Positions 46,873 through 57,901 of a DNA stretch of 64,000 nt are shown here, one piece after another. The position numbers and the translations under genes are program-made. The DNA comes from Planctomycetota bacterium (GTDB lineage: Bacteria > Planctomycetota > UBA11346): NCBI GenBank assembly GCA_038231435.1, contig JBBRLJ010000020.1, positions 1 to 64,000 of the forward strand, in the 5' to 3' direction. Every line of letters begins with the position of its first letter. The first letter of the stretch is position 1. The notes under the pieces were generated by a model. The model made no database searches, was not told the DNA's origin, and worked only from the letters and a program-made list of their open reading frames with translations.

Positions 46873-47667
46873 TCAGGAGCGGCGGCGGGCCAAGATGCCG
46901 TCGACGATCCCGGGCATGAGCCCGGCCAGGCCCAGCGCCCAGCGCGAGGCGCGGTGCGGCCACACCTCGGGGCGTGGGCGCTCGATCGCGGCGATCATCG
47001 CGCGCGCCACCGTGCCCACCTCCTGCACCGGATCCTTGGTCGAGACGTGCCACGGACGACCTCCGGCGCGCTCGGCGACGGCGGTGAACTCCGTGGCGGT
47101 GTTGACGGGATGGACGCTGGTCACGGCGATGCGCTCGGGCGCGAGCTCGACGCGCAGCGCCTCGGCTACCGACAGCTGCGCGGCCTTGGTCGCCGAGTAG
47201 GCGCCCGCGTCGGGCTTGCCGCGGCGAGCGAGCGCCGAGGACACGATCATCACCTGGCCGCGCCAGCCGTCGCGCGCGGCCTGGGCCCGCATCACCGGCA
47301 TCGCCACACGGATGCATTCGGTCGTGCCGAGCAGATTCGCGCGCAGGATCGCGTCCCAGTCGTCTGCGGTGGTCTCGGCCACAGTGCGCACGATGGCGTA
47401 GCCGGCGTTGCACACCAGCGTATCGAGCGATCCGAGATGACGGCTGGCGGCGCCGATGAAGTTGGCGCAATCGGCGGGGATCGACACGTCGGCGCGTACC
47501 GCGAGATGGCCGACGCCGAGTTCTCGCGCGAGCGCCTCGACGCGCTCGAGCCGCCGCGCGCACAGCGCCAGGCGCGCCCCGCGCGCCGCGAGTCCCCTCG
47601 CCAGCGCTTCGCCGATGCCGGCGCTGGCGCCGGTGATCGCCACGGTCATGCCCTGCAAGTCTCGCAC
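46873..47667 (-). CDS. Short-chain dehydrogenase/reductase
   Basis: TGASAGIG, NAG, SS, YSATK; start at GTG 47667 or ATG 47649. Confidence 0.9.
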   Translation of the reverse strand: MRDLQGMTVAITGASAGIGEALARGLAARGARLALCARRLERVEALARELGVGHLAVRADVSIPADCANFIGAASRHLGSLDTLVCNAGYAIVRTVAETTADDWDAILRANLLGTTECIRVAMPVMRAQAARDGWRGQVMIVSSALARRGKPDAGAYSATKAAQLSVAEALRVELAPERIAVTSVHPVNTATEFTAVAERAGGRPWHVSTKDPVQEVGTVARAMIAAIERPRPEVWPHRASRWALGLAGLMPGIVDGILARRRS

Positions 47668-47799
47668 CCGCGCATGCTGGGCTGATGCGCCGTCGAGCAA
47701 GCCGGGCCGGTCGTACCTGTCACCGATAGCCTCGCCGACTGCTGGTGCCGACTGAGTTGGCTGGACTGGCCTTCGCCGGAGGGGCCATACGCTCGGCGC

Positions 47800-48678
47800 A
47801 TGGCTGTTCCCGACCTGTCCCCGCATGCGCTCGCCAGCCTGATCGCCATCGCCGAGCACGGCTCGGTCAGCGCGGCCGCCCGTGCCCGCGGACTGACGCA
47901 GCCGTCGATCAGCCGCCAAATCCAGGAGCTCGAGCGCCAGCTCGGGGCACAGCTGGTGGAACGCACCTCGCAGGGCGCGCGGCTGACTCCGGCGGGCGAG
48001 ATCCTCGCGGAAGGCGCGCGCGAGCTGCTGTCGGGCCTGGCTTCGCTGCCTGAGAAGGTGCGCAGTCGCCAGGGCGAGGTCAGCGGCAAGGTCCGCCTCG
48101 GCACCGTCGACTCGATCGGCATCTACACGCTGCCGCCCATCCTCGCCGGCTTCGTGCAGGCCAATCCGCGCGTCGACGTGCAGGTCACCTGCCTGCCCAG
48201 CGGACAGCTGATGGCCATGCTCCTCGACGATGAACTCGACGTCGCGATCGGCACCACCGAGCATCCCAAGCTGACCTGCGAGCGGCTGTTCCAGAATCCG
48301 CTGGTGCTGGCCTATCCACCCGGAATGCCCGCCGACCAGGTCCCGTCGACCATGGCTGAACTTTCGCGCCGGCGCATCGTCACCTTCGGCAAGGGCCTCA
48401 CCATCCGCACCCTGCTCGACCAGGCCTTCGAGAAGGCCGGGCTGCCGTTCGAGCCGGTGATGGGCCTGACCAACGTCGAGGTGATCAAGGCGATGGTACG
48501 CGCTGGCCTGGGCCTGGGCATCATCCCCGACGGCTGCGTGCAGGGTTTCGAGCTGAGCACCCGCCCGATCCGCGACCTCTCGGTCTCGCGAACCATCCGC
48601 CTGCTCCACCGCCCCCAGCCACCAGTGCTATCGGTGCAGAAAATGATCGAGTGGCTTCGAACCATGCGCAAAGCTTAG
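47800..48678 (+). CDS. LysR-family transcriptional regulator
   Basis: GSVSAAA..LTQPSISRQIQELE..LG..L.ERT....LTPAG; IKAMVRAGLG. Confidence 0.94.
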   Translation: MAVPDLSPHALASLIAIAEHGSVSAAARARGLTQPSISRQIQELERQLGAQLVERTSQGARLTPAGEILAEGARELLSGLASLPEKVRSRQGEVSGKVRLGTVDSIGIYTLPPILAGFVQANPRVDVQVTCLPSGQLMAMLLDDELDVAIGTTEHPKLTCERLFQNPLVLAYPPGMPADQVPSTMAELSRRRIVTFGKGLTIRTLLDQAFEKAGLPFEPVMGLTNVEVIKAMVRAGLGLGIIPDGCVQGFELSTRPIRDLSVSRTIRLLHRPQPPVLSVQKMIEWLRTMRKA

Positions 48679-48757
48679 GCTTCGGGTCAGTTTCAAGAGC
48701 TGCCCGCCGGGCCCCACCCTCAATGTCACACCTCCGAGCGCCGCGAAGAGCCAAGAA

Positions 48758-48792
48758 GTTTGCGTGATGGCTTCGCCAATATTCACGCAAAC
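48758..48792. terminator. Long hairpin downstream of the LysR gene
   Basis: GTTTGCGTGA-TGGC-TTC-GCCA-ATAT-TCACGCAAAC. Confidence 0.5.
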
Positions 48793-48840
48793 CAGGATTC
48801 GGCGGGCGCGGCGGCCGCCTTTAACCCGGAGCGCAGCGAC

Positions 48841-48973
48841 CGGGCGCCAAGGGGCGGTCGGCGGATATAATCGGCAACGCCGATCCGCCGACGATTTCGC
48901 AGCGCAGCGGAGAAATCGAGCCCCGACAAAGCCCGTGGGGTAGGCCCGAAGGGCCGTAGGGGCGGAGCCCCTG
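48841..48973 (+). repeat. 133-bp palindromic intergenic repeat, copy B (REP/REPIN-like)
   Basis: Same orientation as, and 124/133 identity to, 14511-14643. Confidence 0.9.
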
Positions 48974-48997
48974 CATGCAAAAAGCCCGAAGGGGCCG

Positions 48998-49876
48998 TCA
49001 GCCCCTGCACTGTAAAAGATAGAGTTCGGGAGTCATCCCCGCCACCTCCTTGAAGACGCGCGAGAAGTAGAACGGGCTGCTGAATCCCAGCGACGAAGCG
49101 ACGGATTTTACCGTGGCTCCGCGGTCGGCGAGGCGTGCCTTGGCCTCGCGGATGCGCAGCCAGCGGATGCGTTCGACCAGGGTCATCCCGGTTTCGGCGC
49201 GGAAGCGGTGCGCCAGCGATGACACCGACATGCCCAGCGCGGCGGCCAGGCGTTCGCGCGAAGGCGGTGATGCGGGCGAGCGCGAGACCTGCAGGTCGAC
49301 TGCGGCGAGCAGTCCGGGTTCCTGGTCGCGCGACTCGCGCGCGCGCAGCCGCCAGGGATCGCGGTCGTCGCCCGCACCGCCGGCGTGCGCGCAGGCGAGG
49401 ACCTCGCCGAGGACGGCGAGCAGCAGGCCGTGGGCGACCAGCCCGTCGCCGGGAGCGCCGCGCTCTTGTGCGCCGTGCATGATGCGCACCAGATCCGCGA
49501 TGCGGTCGTCGTGGTCGAGCAGCAGGGTGAATGGCCGTGACGTCAGCGGCGTCAGCCGGCCCGTGAGCGAAAAGAACAGCCACATCGCCTCGCGGTCGGA
49601 GGTGGGCGCGTCCAGGCTCTCGAAGAATTCCACCCCCGGCGCATGCAGCGCCCAGGATCGGCCCGGGCGGGACACCACATCGCTGGATGGGCCGCTGAGC
49701 GCGCGGCGCGCCTGGTAGCCCTGGGCGCCGCTCCACACCAGCGTCCAGCACTCGAACCGGTGCCTATCCCACCTGCCCACCCGGTCGGGGGCGACGTCCA
49801 GGCGATGGCGGTGGACGCTCAGCAGGGCGATGCCCGCCTTGCCGAGCACGGAATCATATGAGGTCTGCACGTTCAT
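48998..49876 (-). CDS. AraC-family transcriptional regulator
   Basis: LAAALGMSVSSLAHRF..ETG, VKSVASSLGFSSPFYFSRVFK..GMTP. Confidence 0.92.
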   Translation of the reverse strand: MNVQTSYDSVLGKAGIALLSVHRHRLDVAPDRVGRWDRHRFECWTLVWSGAQGYQARRALSGPSSDVVSRPGRSWALHAPGVEFFESLDAPTSDREAMWLFFSLTGRLTPLTSRPFTLLLDHDDRIADLVRIMHGAQERGAPGDGLVAHGLLLAVLGEVLACAHAGGAGDDRDPWRLRARESRDQEPGLLAAVDLQVSRSPASPPSRERLAAALGMSVSSLAHRFRAETGMTLVERIRWLRIREAKARLADRGATVKSVASSLGFSSPFYFSRVFKEVAGMTPELYLLQCRG

Positions 49877-49903
49877 CGCCACGCGGCTGGTATCCTGCGA
49901 GCC

Positions 49904-50797
49904 ATGATCAGCACACTCTCCCAGGAAACCTCGCCGAAGCACGCGGCGACCGCCCTCGATCACACCCGGAACCCCCGGACCGGCTGCGAGCATGAGGCCC
50001 GCTTCGACCCGTATCTGGAACAGCTCGACGAACTCGGGTATGCCATCGTGCCGCGCTTCCTGGACCTGGAGACCACCGCCCGCCTGCGCGCGCATGTCGA
50101 CGCGATCGCCGGCCCGGTGTTCCAGGCGGACGAGCCGGCCGAGAAGCGCTTCCACGACCTGCGCCATCCCATCCCCGGTCAGATCATGGCCGACATGGTG
50201 ACCCCGCAGCTGCTCGAGCTGGCCATCCGGATGCTGCGCGCGACCGAGCTGCGACTCACCGAGCAGGTGCTGATCCGCACCGATCCCTCCAGCGGCGAAC
50301 CCGGCCCGACCGGCTGGCACATCGACATGGCGCTCTACCCCCGGCATCTCGCGGCCACGCCACGGCAGATCTACGTGCAGATGGTCCACGCCTTGAGCAC
50401 CGTCGAGAGCGGCGGCGGCGCGGTGACGCTGGTGCCTGGTTCCCACCACCAGACCTACGCGGCTTCCGCCCGCTTGTCCGTGCCCCATGAACGCTTCGAC
50501 GTGCTCGACCAAGACGCCTTCAAGGCCGAGGTCATGCGCACCGCCGGCGTGGATACCGGCAAGGCGATCGAGGTCCTGGCCAACGAGGGCGACCTCATCC
50601 TGTTCCACCCGATGTGCGTCCACTCCGCGTCGCGAAACGTCTCGCGGCGCGCGCGCCATGTCATGTTCATGTCGTTCTACGATGTCACGGCGGTCGAGCT
50701 CCATGCCCGCCTGAACCAGATCCATTACCGGGACATCCTGCCCGATTCCCTACGCCAGGCCTTGCCCGAGCACCTGCGCCGGCTGCTCGATCGCTGA
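49904..50797 (+). CDS. Phytanoyl-CoA dioxygenase (PhyH) family Fe(II)/2OG oxygenase
   Basis: L.E.GY, GWHID, GG....PGSH, GD...H....HSAS.N.S...R. Confidence 0.88.
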   Translation: MISTLSQETSPKHAATALDHTRNPRTGCEHEARFDPYLEQLDELGYAIVPRFLDLETTARLRAHVDAIAGPVFQADEPAEKRFHDLRHPIPGQIMADMVTPQLLELAIRMLRATELRLTEQVLIRTDPSSGEPGPTGWHIDMALYPRHLAATPRQIYVQMVHALSTVESGGGAVTLVPGSHHQTYAASARLSVPHERFDVLDQDAFKAEVMRTAGVDTGKAIEVLANEGDLILFHPMCVHSASRNVSRRARHVMFMSFYDVTAVELHARLNQIHYRDILPDSLRQALPEHLRRLLDR

Positions 50798-50871
50798 GGG
50801 CTCGTTCCGGGTCGGCGCCAACCCCGCAAGTCCGACCTTCCGCCTCGGCCGAGGTCACTAGGCTGGCGGCG

Positions 50872-53800
50872 ATGCCGCCACCGCCCACTCAAGAGAGCCA
50901 CGAGGTCGCCGAGACCCAGGCGCGGGGCGTGCGGCCAACAACGGCTGCCGGGGACGCGGACGGAGAACTAGCCGATGGGCGGGGAGACGTCGAGCTCGGC
51001 CACAGCGTCGAGCTCGAAGCGTTCTCAGGCCCGCTCGATCTGCTGCTGTTCCTGGTGCGCCGCGCCGAGGTCGACGTCATCGACATCCCGATCGCGGCCA
51101 TCGCCGATCAGTTCGTCGACACCGTGGCGGCGTGGAACGAGCTCGACCTCGACATCGCCGGCGAATTCATCCTCATGGCTGCTACGCTGCTCGAGATCAA
51201 GGCGCGGCTGATCGCCCCGCCACTCGAAGCTCCGATCGACGAGGACTCGGGCGAAGAGGATGTCGTCGATCTGCGCGCCGGCTTGGTCGGCAAGCTGCTC
51301 GCCTATCGCCGCTTCAAGGAGGCGGCGCTCGACCTGCTCGCGCGCGAGGAGCACCAGCGCCGCCGCCACGTCCGCCAGTTGCGCGAGGAGATCCCCGAGG
51401 ATCCCGAGGAGGCCGAGGGCATCGATCTCGACAACGCCGATCCCTACGCGCTCGCCAGCGCCTGGGAGCTGGTGCTCAAGCGCATCAACGGGCTCGGCCC
51501 GCGCACGGTCATCAACGACAACGTCCCGCTCGAGAGCCGCGTCACCGAGATGCTCGGGCATCTGCGCGCGAGCGGCCACTGCCTGCTCAATGCCATCTTC
51601 GCGAGTCAGCCCAACCGCATCGCCCGCGTCACCACCTTCATGGCTCTGCTCGAATGCGTGCGCCAGCGCTGGATCGAGGCGCTCCAGCACGGCCAATACG
51701 CCGACGTCGAGCTGCGCTTCCGCGCCGAGGAGGAACGCGCGATCCATGAGATCGCCTTCGCCCCGGAACCCGAGGCCAAGCGCCGCCAGCGCCGTCCGCC
51801 CCTGATCACCTGGGAAGGCGCGCCGGGATCCGAGACTGGTGACGAGGACGGCGAAGCGCCCGAGGAGCCGCAGGAGAGCGACGAGCAGCGCTTTCTGCGC
51901 GAGCTCGAGGAATCCAGCCGGGTCGATTCGGTGCTGGCCTGGTCTGCTGACATCGAACTCGGCTTCGCGCGCTTCCTGGCCGAGCGCCGCGGCGAACCGT
52001 GGCCGCCACCGAAGCCCGCTGAACCGGAGCCGGCCACCACGGTCGAGGCTCCGGCCGCTCCCTCGTGGATGGCCGCGCGCGCGCCTGCGCGCCAGCCCAG
52101 GGAACGGATGGAGCGCGAGCCCAAGCCCACACTGGTCGAGCCCCCCGCCGTTCCCCTGGCGGCGAGCGTGGAAACGCTCACGGACACCGCGCCGATGGGA
52201 CCCACGACGTCGGAGTCCACGCCTGCGGTCGCGGGCCCCGCCACGGCCGAGGCAGCACCGGCTCTGGCCGAGTCCGCCACGCCGATCGAGCCCGCGACAT
52301 CGACACCTCTCGCGGCAGCACCGGACGTGGTGGACGCAAGCGCGCTTCCCGATGGACTCGTCCAGGCAGTCCATGTCCTCCCGCCGCCTGAGCCCGCGCC
52401 GACGGCTCCAGCCATCACCGAACCACTCTCCGCGGAGATCGCTCAGACGCCCAGCGCGACGCTCGCGGAACCGTCCCCCGTGGAGCAGGCCGCGCCGGCG
52501 CCGATCGTAGCCCCGGCTGAGCACGTCACCATGACGTCACCCGGCTCCGCTCCGACGGAACCCAAGGCTGCGGTTGTCGAGCCTGACGTAGCGGCCGACG
52601 TTACGGGTGATGCTCCGACGACAGCCGAGCTCGGACAGCCCGTGCCCGTGGCGATCCTGTCGACGATTCCCGAAGCGTCGCCCGCTCAACAGGCCGCCTT
52701 CGCCGATGCCATGCCGGGCATCGGCGATCGTGTGGCGGTGCGCCTCGACGTCACGCCCGCGGATGAAGATGTGCATGATGATGCGGTGCCGCCCACCGCA
52801 GAGGCCGCACCTCGGTCAGTCGCGCCGATCACGGCCTTGGTCGATGGACCCCAGAGCACGGACGTCGCGCCGAACGTCGATCCAGCGTTGTCAGCGACCG
52901 ACGACATCGAACTCGACCCGATCATCGCGCCATCAGTGGCGCCAACGATTCCCTCGGAAGAACCGCCTCTGGCCGCACCGATCCTGCACGCGGCCACATC
53001 GGCTCCAGCGGCACCCGTGGTGACCACGGCATCCAGCGATCCCGTGCACGTCGCTCCGCCGCGGCCGATGCACATTCACTCGATGCGACCGGCGGCTCCT
53101 GGCCCCGCCCCGACTCCTCCCACCCCGTCGGTACGCACCGCGGCGCGGCGCGAGCCCACTGCGATCGTCATGTCGACTGGGCTCCCGGCGGACTCGCGCG
53201 CCCAGATGCGCGCCGCGGTGGCCTCCAGACGCTCGCGCCATCGCGCGATCGGCGTGTCGGCGACCCTGCTGATCATCGCTGCCGGATGGTGGGTCTGGTC
53301 GGCGGCCGACGCCCATGCCCCGGGAACGGATACCGAGACGGTCGGCGGACCCGGATCGGGTGACCGCGGATCGTCCGAGGATGCGTTCCGGCCAGGGCCG
53401 ATCCCGGCGTCGCTCGCCGCCAACGACGGATCCATCGCGATCGATTCCGCGAGGCTCGCCGCCATCCCCCGCCTGGCGGCATGGATCGAACGGGTACGCC
53501 TGGGCAGCGCCGTGCCAGACCTTGCGACGTGGACGTCGATGGTCTTCTCCGACGGCCCCGTGCAGGTGCCGGTGCTCGATGAGCACGGGTTCGTGATGGC
53601 ACCAGAGCATTCCATCGCCGCTCCCACCGCTACCGCACCGGTGGCTGCGCAGCCCAACGCTACTCCGGTTCCAGTGGCGGAAGCGTCCCCCACGGTGGTC
53701 GAGACCCCCGAAACCGCCATTCCGGCTGCGACGATGCCGATGGACCCGGTGGCGACTACCGTAACGCCACTGGTCGGACCGACACCAGTGGCCGACGCCG

Positions 53801-54117
53801 CCTCACGGATACCGCTGCCGACCATCGTCGCAGCGACTCCCGTCATTCCCCCACGATCATTCGAGTTCGCGGCCCAGACCCTGGTGCGCTGGCCCGCGGA
53901 TGAGCCGACATCGATTTCGGGGCATGCGCCGGGACTCGACGGCTGGATCGCCCGTCTGTACGCCAGCCGGCACGCGGATGCGTTCGCCGCCCTGCTGTCC
54001 GAGGGCTTGCCGGCGGCCACGACCGTCGCAGCGTCCGCAGAGACCCTGCCGGCGTTCCGATATGAGTGCGAGCCGATGATGAGTTCGTCGGCTTGGCTGG
54101 TCATCCACGCCTGGTGA
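50872..54117 (+). CDS. scpA: Segregation and condensation protein A (kleisin) with very long low-complexity extension and predicted TM helix
   Basis: LEAFSGPLDLLLFLV..EVD..DIPIA.IADQF, GEFILMAATLLEIKAR, L..KLLAYRRFK, VTTFMALLE; the ORF continues ~800 aa further. Confidence 0.88.
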   Translation: MPPPPTQESHEVAETQARGVRPTTAAGDADGELADGRGDVELGHSVELEAFSGPLDLLLFLVRRAEVDVIDIPIAAIADQFVDTVAAWNELDLDIAGEFILMAATLLEIKARLIAPPLEAPIDEDSGEEDVVDLRAGLVGKLLAYRRFKEAALDLLAREEHQRRRHVRQLREEIPEDPEEAEGIDLDNADPYALASAWELVLKRINGLGPRTVINDNVPLESRVTEMLGHLRASGHCLLNAIFASQPNRIARVTTFMALLECVRQRWIEALQHGQYADVELRFRAEEERAIHEIAFAPEPEAKRRQRRPPLITWEGAPGSETGDEDGEAPEEPQESDEQRFLRELEESSRVDSVLAWSADIELGFARFLAERRGEPWPPPKPAEPEPATTVEAPAAPSWMAARAPARQPRERMEREPKPTLVEPPAVPLAASVETLTDTAPMGPTTSESTPAVAGPATAEAAPALAESATPIEPATSTPLAAAPDVVDASALPDGLVQAVHVLPPPEPAPTAPAITEPLSAEIAQTPSATLAEPSPVEQAAPAPIVAPAEHVTMTSPGSAPTEPKAAVVEPDVAADVTGDAPTTAELGQPVPVAILSTIPEASPAQQAAFADAMPGIGDRVAVRLDVTPADEDVHDDAVPPTAEAAPRSVAPITALVDGPQSTDVAPNVDPALSATDDIELDPIIAPSVAPTIPSEEPPLAAPILHAATSAPAAPVVTTASSDPVHVAPPRPMHIHSMRPAAPGPAPTPPTPSVRTAARREPTAIVMSTGLPADSRAQMRAAVASRRSRHRAIGVSATLLIIAAGWWVWSAADAHAPGTDTETVGGPGSGDRGSSEDAFRPGPIPASLAANDGSIAIDSARLAAIPRLAAWIERVRLGSAVPDLATWTSMVFSDGPVQVPVLDEHGFVMAPEHSIAAPTATAPVAAQPNATPVPVAEASPTVVETPETAIPAATMPMDPVATTVTPLVGPTPVADAASRIPLPTIVAATPVIPPRSFEFAAQTLVRWPADEPTSISGHAPGLDGWIARLYASRHADAFAALLSEGLPAATTVAASAETLPAFRYECEPMMSSSAWLVIHAW

Positions 54118-54134
54118 CCCGGCGTGGGCGCGAC

Positions 54135-54917
54135 TCACGGAGATCTGGGAGTCTTGGGATCCGACGGATGAGTCGACGCCGGCGTTCCGGTCGCCTGATC
54201 GTGGGCGGGAGCCTTGACGGGATCCGGCGCGGTCGTTTCTGATTCCGGCAATGTCGCGGCGAGTTGGCGCTGCAATTCCTCGAATTTCTGCAACACCGCC
54301 GAATCCATCCCCGGATCCGCCGCGGACGGCTGGTGTCCTTCGTCGGCGCCGGCCTCGAGGCGCTCCTGGGCGCTATCGTGGGCGGGGTCGGTATTGCGCA
54401 GCAGCACCTGCATCAGCACGTTGGTGCCCTGCGACAGCGTGCCGCTGAGCTCCTCGAGCGCCTTGAGATCGTCGTCGGGATCGTTGCTGGCGCCGAGGTT
54501 CTTGACCTTCTCTTGGGCTTTCGCGCTCTTGGCGAACACCGCGAGGCTCTGGCGGATCAGGCCGGCCTCGTATTCGGCCTTGGACTGCTTGCTCTCATAG
54601 TGCGCTGCCTGCTCGGCGTCGGCACGCTCCTTCTGCATCTGCTGATCGTGCGCGACCTGCTTCTGGTAGACGGCCTTGGCCTGCGCGAAGTCGCGCTCCT
54701 CGGCGTCGACCTTGTCCATCATCGCCGTGGCCTTGCTCATCACCACCTCGATGACGCGCTGCACGGTCACCCAGCTGGCGATCGTGCTGACGATGAACAG
54801 CACGATCCAGAACCACAACCACCAGCGGCGGCGCGCGCGCTGGCGCTGGTCGTACGCGCCGAGTCGCTCGTCGAGGAGCTGGCCGATCGCCTGGACGTCT
54901 TCAGGATCGAGAGGCAT
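54135..54917 (-). CDS. Hypothetical single-pass membrane protein with coiled-coil region
   Basis: RRRWWLWFWIVLFIVSTIASWV TM helix followed by a Q/E/K-rich helix; TATAGT 6 nt upstream of ATG. Confidence 0.75.
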   Translation of the reverse strand: MPLDPEDVQAIGQLLDERLGAYDQRQRARRRWWLWFWIVLFIVSTIASWVTVQRVIEVVMSKATAMMDKVDAEERDFAQAKAVYQKQVAHDQQMQKERADAEQAAHYESKQSKAEYEAGLIRQSLAVFAKSAKAQEKVKNLGASNDPDDDLKALEELSGTLSQGTNVLMQVLLRNTDPAHDSAQERLEAGADEGHQPSAADPGMDSAVLQKFEELQRQLAATLPESETTAPDPVKAPAHDQATGTPASTHPSDPKTPRSP

Positions 54918-55052
54918 GGCTGGACTATAGACGCCAAACGCCGCTGGAACAGGACTCGCCAGGCAAGATCCGGGAGGGACGTCATCCACGTCCGCACCCT
55001 CTCGTAACATCTCGTGGCGACTTATGCGTGCGCCGCCATGGCGCGGCGGGGC

Positions 55053-56075
<1,023 letters not shown>

Positions 56076-56121
56076 GCAGCCGACGATACGCGCCACGCCA
56101 GACGATGCCAGGGGCGCCGGC

Positions 56122-57786
56122 TCACGGAGCGGGTTCGGGGAGCGATGGAGGAGGATCGGACGGCACTGGCAATCCGGAAAGTGCCGGATCCTTCGCCGCC
56201 GCATCCGGCGTCGCGTGGGCGGGTGCCTTCGGCGCCTCTCTCGGTCGCGACTCCGGCACCACGGCGGGGGCGGATGACGGTGCAGGTGCGGGTGCAGGTG
56301 CAGGTGATGGAAGCGGTGAGACCTCCCCTGCCGGTGTCCCCGGCCCGGTCGCCGGAGGCACGGGCGCGGCGGTGGCCGGAGACTCGGCGGGTCGCGGCCG
56401 CTCGACTGGCGGGGCGGGCGACGGCGCGCCATCCGGCGGAGCGATGCCGGACGGGAACGACGGCGGCTCGGGCTCTCCCTGATCGAGGGTGGAGGCTGGT
56501 GGCAGCCCCGAACCCGCCTGCGCTGGGTCCGGCGCGGGCGGCGCCTCGCGCGCAAGCATGCCGATCGCGACCACGCCCGCGGTCGCGACCAGCACGAACC
56601 CCACCACGATGGCGGCGGCGCGGCGCTCGCCCGCGCGCGCGCGCGGGCGAGCGACCCGGCGCGTGGTGGGTGATTTCGCCGACGAGGGAGTCGGGATCGA
56701 GGGACGGACCAGAACCCCGCTGGAGAGGTTCGCACCGAGCGATTGGCGGAACGCGATCGGCAGCTCGCCCGCGCGGATACGCTCGAGCTCTTCGCGCAGC
56801 TCGCGCGCGTGCTGGTAGCGCTCGCGTGGCGCACGAGCCATGGCGCGCGCGATCACCGCCGACAGCGACGGCGACACCCCTGGATGGGCTTGGCGAGCGT
56901 CGGGCGTCGGGCCGTTGATGACCTGGGAGACCACCGCGAAGATGCTGCCGCCGCTGAACGGAGGCTGGCCGGTGCAGAGCTCGAAGAGCGTCGCGCCGAG
57001 GGAGTAGACGTCGCTGCGGATGTCGAGATCGCGCTCGCCGCGCGCCTGCTCGGGCGACATGAAGGTCGGCGTGCCGATCGGCGCGCCGGTATGGGTCATG
57101 CGCTCGTCGCCATCGCGGCTGCGCGCTAGGCCGAGGTCGCCGAGCTTGGCGGAGCCGCCGCGATCGATGGCGCCATTGATGAAGATGTTCGCCGGCTTGA
57201 TGTCGCGATGGATGAGCCCCGCGGCCTCGACCGCCTCGAGCCCGCGCGCGCAATCGATGCCGACACGCAGGGCGTCACTCTCGGCCAGGCGCCCACCCGC
57301 CCGCTTCGCCTGGTGCGCGGCGTCGCCGCCCTCGACCAGCTCGAGCGCCATGTACAACAGGCCCTGGTCGCGGCCGGCGTCGTAGCAGGCGACCACGTTG
57401 GGATGGTTGATGCGGCCGGCGACACGTGCTTCGCGCATGAAGCGCTCGACAAACTGCGGATCGCGGGCGAGGAACGGATTCATGACCTTGAGCGCGACCT
57501 CGCGCTTCATCGTCATCTGCACCGCGCGGTAGACCGCGCCCATGCCACCTGCGCCGAGCTTGTCGAGGATGTGGTAGCCACCGACCAGCTCCGGCGGCTC
57601 GGCCGAGCCCACCTCGGCGGTGAGCTGCGCGGCGTCCTCCCAGGTGATGCTGCCGCTCTGCACCAGCAGGTCGGCGACCGAGACCGTGGCGTCGGCGCGG
57701 GACAGGGCTTCGCTGGCGACCTGGGCTCCGACCAGGCCGCGCGCCACCGCGCGCTCGGTGAAGGCCTTGTCGAGGTGTTCCGCCAT
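56122..57786 (-). CDS. Hanks-type Ser/Thr kinase with TM helix and Pro-rich C-terminal tail
   Basis: LGAGGMG, VALK, HRDIKPAN, DLG, GTPTFMSPEQ; TM AAAIVVGFVLVATAGVVAIGML. Confidence 0.93.
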   Translation of the reverse strand: MAEHLDKAFTERAVARGLVGAQVASEALSRADATVSVADLLVQSGSITWEDAAQLTAEVGSAEPPELVGGYHILDKLGAGGMGAVYRAVQMTMKREVALKVMNPFLARDPQFVERFMREARVAGRINHPNVVACYDAGRDQGLLYMALELVEGGDAAHQAKRAGGRLAESDALRVGIDCARGLEAVEAAGLIHRDIKPANIFINGAIDRGGSAKLGDLGLARSRDGDERMTHTGAPIGTPTFMSPEQARGERDLDIRSDVYSLGATLFELCTGQPPFSGGSIFAVVSQVINGPTPDARQAHPGVSPSLSAVIARAMARAPRERYQHARELREELERIRAGELPIAFRQSLGANLSSGVLVRPSIPTPSSAKSPTTRRVARPRARAGERRAAAIVVGFVLVATAGVVAIGMLAREAPPAPDPAQAGSGLPPASTLDQGEPEPPSFPSGIAPPDGAPSPAPPVERPRPAESPATAAPVPPATGPGTPAGEVSPLPSPAPAPAPAPSSAPAVVPESRPREAPKAPAHATPDAAAKDPALSGLPVPSDPPPSLPEPAP

Positions 57787-57901
57787 CGCGGGAAACTATC
57801 AGCGGCAGCGCGGGCCGACCAATGGATTGTCGCCGCCCGAGCGCGCCACGAGTCACCTCCCGGTTGTCCGCCAAGGGGGTCGGGCTAGGGTGTGGCCCTC
57901 C

